From Podarcis tiliguerta (taxonomy: Eukaryota), in assembly GCA_965153285.1 (NCBI GenBank), contig OZ229116.1: a stretch of DNA of 64,000 nucleotides; one strand, given 5' to 3'. Below, piece by piece: positions 59,001 to 64,000 of the stretch (positions are counted from its first letter, which is position 1; every line of letters starts with the position of its first letter). A model generated the notes under the pieces. The model saw only the letters and a list, made by a program, of their open reading frames with translations. It had not been told where the DNA came from and did not search any database. The position numbers were made by a program, and so were the translations under genes.

Positions 59001-62000
59001 AAGTGAGGTTTATATTCAGGCCAATACGGTATATTTATTTAGAAGTGGGTACTACAGAGTTCCATGGGGCTAACCCCTTAACTACCAACCATATTTGTGC
59101 ATTTAAATACTAAGCTTTAGTATTCCATCATTCTGTTGCCTATAGGTAATGTTCTTCATTTCTACAAACAGGGGCTTAAAATTGCTCATGTGAGACTTTA
59201 GACAAATAACAAGTTCCTGCTAATGTTTTGTTTTTACCTGCAACATTTCTGCATGTACTGTAAAGGAAATGCTGCCATGGGCTTTTTGTTGTACTAAGTA
59301 AGGATTAGTCGAGCAAACTCAAATCCTTCTCCTCAGCCATAGCTGAAAAGAAGTTTTATCTTAGATTAATCCAAAAGGAAAGTTTCATTGTGGTTTCCAA
59401 ACACGTGCAAGGTTTTAAACAATGAACCCTAGTTAATAAGTTAAGCAAAGTTAGAGAGTTATACAATTTTAAAAACCTACTTCTTGGGTTACATCCAAAT
59501 GATATTTACAAAGATCAAGTGCCGGCTGTTTATATGTATCTGAATTTGCACATAACACAGAAGCAACACAGAGGCATACCATTCAACTGCAGCTGGTAGA
59601 CTATCCACCTTCTTGGCTTAGGGCATTAGACCTTTCAACTTTTTTAGTATACAGGACTGACTCAAGATTTTTGCTGGTTTTAGCAGCATGAAATGAAGTG
59701 TCCCTGTAGGAAGTAACAATGTACCGCAGAATTCCTTGCAGCATTGCATTGTGAATTAGCGTTGTTGTTGTAAACTTTGCTGTCTGGTCTTTGACCTCAA
59801 TAAAGATGGATTGATTGAATTAGCTGTTCCAGAAGAAACACAAAATCTCACATTTCTTCATTGTTTCTGGTATGGCAGCAGGTCCGCTTGAATAATTCTG
59901 CTCCAAGCAGAATTGGTGCCAGGATTGCTACCACATACATTGAAATATGCAGATTTATATATTTTAAACATGTATGTAGGTGGGTGCTACATAAATGTCC
60001 AACAATACAGGTCTTAGTCAAGTTACAAGCTCGCTTCTGAAAATGGCTTTGGAGTGAAGATTTCTAAAACTTTTTTATTGGGCTCTGCCAGACACCAAAT
60101 TCCATAGCCTGATGGGTTGTTCATACTGTCACTCCATCCATTACTCCACCAGGGAAAATAGGCTCCCAAAGGAGAAATGGTGGCATGCAAGAACAGTAAA
60201 TAAATAAATACAAGTGTGCCTAGTTTGTATGATTCATACCAGGCAGGTTGAGACAAGATGGTCTGAACAATTTGGCTGGCAAAGGATCTGTACTTGATTG
60301 AATCAATCTGTACTTGATTGAATCAATCTGTACTTGATTGAATCAGTGAGAGGGGGAGGAATTGTAGCTTGTGAGCATGAAAGGCATTCACAACACTCAA
60401 ACCATGGGATGGCTCTTACATCTGACCCAGGCCCCCAGATGGAATGTAAAGAAGACACAAGCCAAGGGCAACTTTTCCTTACAAATTTGTTCTTTTCAAT
60501 ATCCAGTCTTCACTAGGGAGTAAAAATGGTGGTTTTGGCATATAAAAAAGCTATTCAGAACATGTTTTGTTTCTTGCCTGAATATCTCCCACTGAATGCT
60601 TAACAGCATGTGCACGATTCAAACATTTTAGTAGAGTTAAAAAAGTTAAACAATGCAATTGTGGCTGCTAATGATTCAACAGTTAGGCCTTTCCTTTAAT
60701 ATGGAAAGGGGCATCTATACATTAATAACAATGTCTCAACCTTGTATGTGCTTGACCTAAATTTGTTAAGGAAAATAAATTTTAGCCCATCCACAGGCAG
60801 GCATGGGGGGCAACTCTGATTTTCTTTTCCTACATTGGGAGAACTGCAATATTTTGGAATATTGACAGTGAACAGATTTGCACCATAGAATCAACATCAT
60901 CACTGAATAAAAATATGGGGAAACACTTTCCAAATCTGGGAGTGTTCCTCCCTTGTTTTAGAATATCATGGTTTTTTAAAGATTTTTTTCAACCAAAATT
61001 TATCAGGGGAAATAGTGGTTGAATTTTGCCATTAAAAATTTACAAAAAGGATACTTCTAAGAACTCGGGATACTTCCTTCTCAAAATATACAAACGAAAG
61101 AAACAAACACACTGGTATTTTATACCCACATGCATATTAATTTATATTTAAGACATATCAGCAAACTGAGGACAACGCAATTAAATGGATCCTTTGTTCC
61201 TTGATAAAATACAATGCAAGCAAATCCATTTGGGGAAAGTTAAAACAGGCCCAGAAACTCAAAAGAAATCTCCAAAAAGTATGTGGCACTTTTATAGTGC
61301 TTTCAAGTGTCCAAGCACACCACATCCATTCTCTTGTAATTTTTGCAACAACTCTGTAAGGTATTCACATCTTGATAGCAGTGTAGTGTTGATCAGTGTA
61401 GTGTAGATCAGAAATGTTTGTACTGGCTCAACCACTACACTACACCAACTCACAAATCTAAATAAATTCGGATCACACATCACTTCTTCCCCGACCCAAA
61501 TATCTTACTTAAAGCTTGTTTTCCCCAAAATATTAAAGGGAATGAAGAGAACAAAGGTACATCTTTTAATGCCAATCGCCTAGATCTCGGATTCTGTTTC
61601 TGAATGGAATCCGCCGCATGCAAATGTCAAGTTAAATTACTTGTTCGTGCGCTAAATTGGATCAAAGCACACACTCTTTCTGTGCTCGCATCTTTAGCAA
61701 TACCACCAAAAAAAGGTCGTTTTATTATCGCATCCCAAACGGAGGCCAAATACCCTTTCTTTAAAAAAAGAAAAATGAATTAAACGGAAGTTGGTTGGTC
61801 CCAGCATAAGTATGGAAAGAACTGCAGCTAACGAAGTCGCAGCATAATTTCAGACTTCTCGCATTGCAAAGAATGGGGATTCACTCTCTTCCCCACACCC
61901 GCCTGAGCCAATTCCGGGAGGGGAGTTTCACTTACACGTGGCCGCACTGCGTCCTTACGGGCTGGTGGAGCACCTCCAAACAGATGGAGCAGTCAAAAGA

Positions 62001-62084
62001 TGGGACTGGCGGCTGCTTCTCCTCTTCTGCTACCTGGAGAGGGTTCGCCACCTCCCGACTGTCGCTGCTTAACGCGGATCCCAT
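50696..62084 (-). CDS. RNF125: E3 ubiquitin ligase RNF125/TRAC-1 (N-myristoyl motif, RING-HC, C2HC, two C2H2, UIM), about 229 aa
   Basis: Exons 61936-62084, 54622-54775, 54068-54162, 53177-53267, 52031-52138, 50696-50788 sum to 690 nt in frame. [50 protein letters not shown]; [11 protein letters not shown]; [15 protein letters not shown]. Confidence 0.96.
52031..52138 (-). CDS. RNF125: RNF125 coding exon 5
   Basis: [36 protein letters not shown]; 108 nt. Confidence 0.93.
53008..53053. repeat. (TATC)n microsatellite
   Basis: Direct reading. Confidence 0.9.
53177..53267 (-). CDS. RNF125: RNF125 coding exon 4
   Basis: [30 protein letters not shown]; 91 nt. Confidence 0.93.
54068..54162 (-). 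CDS. RNF125: RNF125 coding exon 3
   Basis: [32 protein letters not shown]; 95 nt. Confidence 0.94.
54622..54775 (-). CDS. RNF125: RNF125 coding exon 2
   Basis: [28 protein letters not shown]...CAECGTQ; 154 nt. Confidence 0.95.
55797..55989. mobile_element. Tc1/mariner-pogo MITE
   Basis: TA|CAGTGGAACCTC...GAGGTACCACTG|TA. Confidence 0.82.
56452..56708 (+). mobile_element. Tc1/mariner-pogo MITE
   Basis: TA|CAGTGGTACCTC...GAGGTACCACTG|TA with internal GTTACAAACAC repeats. Confidence 0.88.
56798..56966. mobile_element. Tc2/pogo-like MITE
   Basis: TA|CTGTATTTTTTGCACCATAACAC ... GTGTTATAGAGCGAAAAATATGG|TA. Confidence 0.72.
57240..57385 (+). mobile_element. Squam3-like SINE fragment (related fragments near 13410, 28850 and 63090)
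   Basis: gagagctgctgcca...caatggtttgactcagcataaggc..ttcctatg. Confidence 0.55.
57504..57642. mobile_element. Small hAT-like MITE
   Basis: CATGGGCACAGCCAAGA ... TCCTGGCTACGCCCATG inverted termini. Confidence 0.55.
58043..59029. mobile_element. About 990-bp non-autonomous Tc2/pogo-like DNA transposon
   Basis: TA|CTGTATTGGCCCAAATATAAGCC ... GGTTTATATTCAGGCCAATACGG|TA; GC-rich interior without a transposase ORF. Confidence 0.8.
60286..60345. repeat. Three perfect copies of a 20-bp tandem unit (ATCTGTACTTGATTGAATCA)
   Basis: Direct reading. Confidence 0.95.
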
Positions 62085-62630
62085 CGCCTAAACTTTGGCA
62101 GTCCTGGGAAATCAAGCCTCTTGGCGCCGGCTGCTCCTGCTGTGGCCGAGCGCGCAACGCGCTATGAAGCTTTGCAGCTGGAATTATTGGATTGGATTGC
62201 GATTGCAGGATTTCGTCTTGCAGCAAAAGGAAAGTCGCGCGAGCTGCAGATCTCCCGTTCCGTGCAACGAACTCTCCGAGACCACGTTGGGGGCCGTTTG
62301 TGGCGGTTACACTGGCGACACCCTGCAAAAGCATTATTGGCGGATGCAGGACCAGTCCAAGCCGGCGCGAGGAAACCTGACACCCTGAGCCGGACAAAGG
62401 GGGCCAGCTAGCCAATCGGTGGCCTCGTTCGCTGGCTGATGCGCTGTTTTCTTTCTTTGACCCTGATCCACAGGGCAAGTCCCATGCATGTTTACTCTGA
62501 AGTAATCCCCACGGTGGCCGGCGGAACTTAACTCCTGTGTAGGATAGCACTTTGCAGTAGCCGTGCATCACAGGTATCCCTAAAACAGCGATAGAAAACG
62601 AAATAGGCAGTTTACAGTCGAGCGCCTCTC
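61830..62630 (-). promoter_or_regulatory. CpG-rich RNF125 promoter / exon 1 region
   Basis: CpG-rich block around the ATG; CCAAT boxes (ATTGGATTGG near 62187, GCCAATCGG near 62411); IRF-like GAAAACGAAA at 62594-62603. Confidence 0.75.
61936..62084 (-). CDS. RNF125: RNF125 coding exon 1
   Basis: MGSALS (Gly2/Ser6 myristoylation pattern)...CGHV; gtaagt donor; missed by the ORF track. Confidence 0.94.
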
Positions 62631-63279
62631 TTAGGCATTCAGAAGCAAGAATACACATCTGTATCATTATTCTGTGTTACTACTACTGCTCTGGTAAAAT
62701 GAAAACACATTGCATCAGGATGCATTCCATTGAAATCCTTTTAAAATAAATTTTAAAATTAATTTTCAATATAACAAATATCACATCAAATAAACATTAA
62801 AAAAAAGAAATTAAAAACCTTACAATACTGTTTACACATTCAATAAAACATTCAAATGTGGGATTTCTCAAATCCCTTAACTTCCCTCTGCCTGCCCCTT
62901 TTCGTGGTTCCATTGTTTCATCATTAATTCATGCATGTCTGTGTGATATTATTCATCTTATTGTATCCAATTCTATCTTTTATCATCGTATTGCAAATGT
63001 TTCTTAAAATCCTGCCAATGTGTTTTGTTTTGTTTTAATTTTTATTAACAGGCCAATCAAATGTGATTATTTCCAAATCACATTAGTTCCAAACCTGGAG
63101 AGCTGCTGCCAGCCAGTGTAGACAACAGTGAGAGAGTAATATGGACTAATGGTTCTACTCAGCAGTATAAGGCAACTTCCTATGTGTGTATGTTCTGTTT
63201 CATTCATTAGCTAGTAATTCTGAGTATTTTAACATTTCCAAACTGTGTTCAGTATCGCTTGAAGCCTAGCAAATACGGA

Positions 63280-63700
63280 TACTGTTATAGGATTGGCGGG
63301 GGTTGTTTTGGTTGCCATCTTTCAACCCTCTACAAGCCTATGGCTTTATATCATGGGATTCTGCAATGGAAGGAACTACTGAACTGGACAAACCAGTCTC
63401 TTTGTTATGTTAATAGGCCTAGATAAGTCTTTTTTATATCTTTTTACATGACTAAAGAGTTGGCCCTCCCTGTTTGTGTGTGCATGTTTTGGGAAGGCCT
63501 TCCTTGCTTACCTAGCTGGAGGCTACATCATTGTAGCATTAGAAGAACAATAGGCCTGGCGGGGGGGGGGGGGGCTAGTTTGGGCTAGTCTTGTCTGGAG
63601 CTGGGTAGACACAGAGGCTTGACTTGCTCTCTGTGTAGAAACCCAAGATATGACATTGAGAAGCCCCCTGGGAGCCTAAAGGAACAGCAGCCTCTGTTGG
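63280..63700 (+). mobile_element. LTR-like interspersed repeat, family B
   Basis: Second copy of 16185-16640. Confidence 0.5.
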
Positions 63701-63802
63701 GAGTGTTACTGCTTTAAGTCTGTGGTTCTCAAAGGTGTGCCACACTGAGTGTGGCAGGAGAGGATTGCAAGTGTGGCGGGAAGAGTCAAGGGCATTAAAA
63801 TA

Positions 63803-64000
63803 CAGTGGTACCTCGTGTTGCGTAACTTCCAGGTTACAGAATCTTCGGGTTATGGCTGCGGCAAACCCAGATGGGGGTTTGCTGCTCGCGTGTGCACAGA
63901 AGCACTCTGCGTGCTTCGCACATGCGTAGAAGTGCTTTGTGGCGCTGCGTTTGTGTGCAGAAGCGGTCCTCCGGTTACAAAATTTTCAGGATACGGCCAG
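63803..64000. mobile_element. Tc1/mariner-pogo MITE running off the window end
   Basis: TA|CAGTGGTACCTCG left TIR. Confidence 0.7.

Noticed and set aside
60286-60345. Short direct repeats as a CRISPR-like array
   Set aside because: No spacers, vertebrate intron, no cas genes.
61993-62667. 224-aa minus-strand ORF over the RNF125 promoter
   Set aside because: Different frame from the true RNF125 exon 1, no recognisable domain, runs through a MITE; a by-product of GC-rich sequence.

Overview
Eukaryotic genomic DNA from a squamate reptile, probably a lacertid lizard (inferred from Sauria-type SINEs and squamate MITEs). It holds three multi-exon genes, all on the minus strand: RNF125 (6 coding exons, 62084->50696, about 229 aa), its tandem paralogue RNF138 (6 coding exons, 43198->34929, about 223 aa, CpG-island promoter at about 43.9-44.5 kb) and MEP1B/meprin A beta (14 coding exons traced, 25924->4657; the short last exon is unresolved). 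This is the conserved vertebrate RNF125-RNF138-MEP1B order. All exon boundaries were read by hand and give GT-AG introns with consistent phase. The rest is introns and intergenic DNA rich in old and young transposons (L1, L2, CR1, Sauria/Squam SINEs, TA-flanked Tc1/mariner-pogo MITEs, LTR-like repeats). Nearly all short ORFs in the supplied track are spurious. I found no CRISPR, rRNA, tRNA or new gene system. The best candidates for undescribed biology are regulatory: (1) MEP1B exon 8 regenerates the exon-7 donor after splicing, so an in-frame recursive skip could delete the Met-turn; (2) a possible 40-aa N-terminal extension of RNF138 gated by an overlapping strong-Kozak uORF whose ATG lies inside an RFX X-box; (3) three Pumilio elements within 65 nt in the putative RNF125 3'UTR; (4) an inverted MITE pair that could form intronic dsRNA. 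Comparisons with human proteins are from memory, not from alignments.
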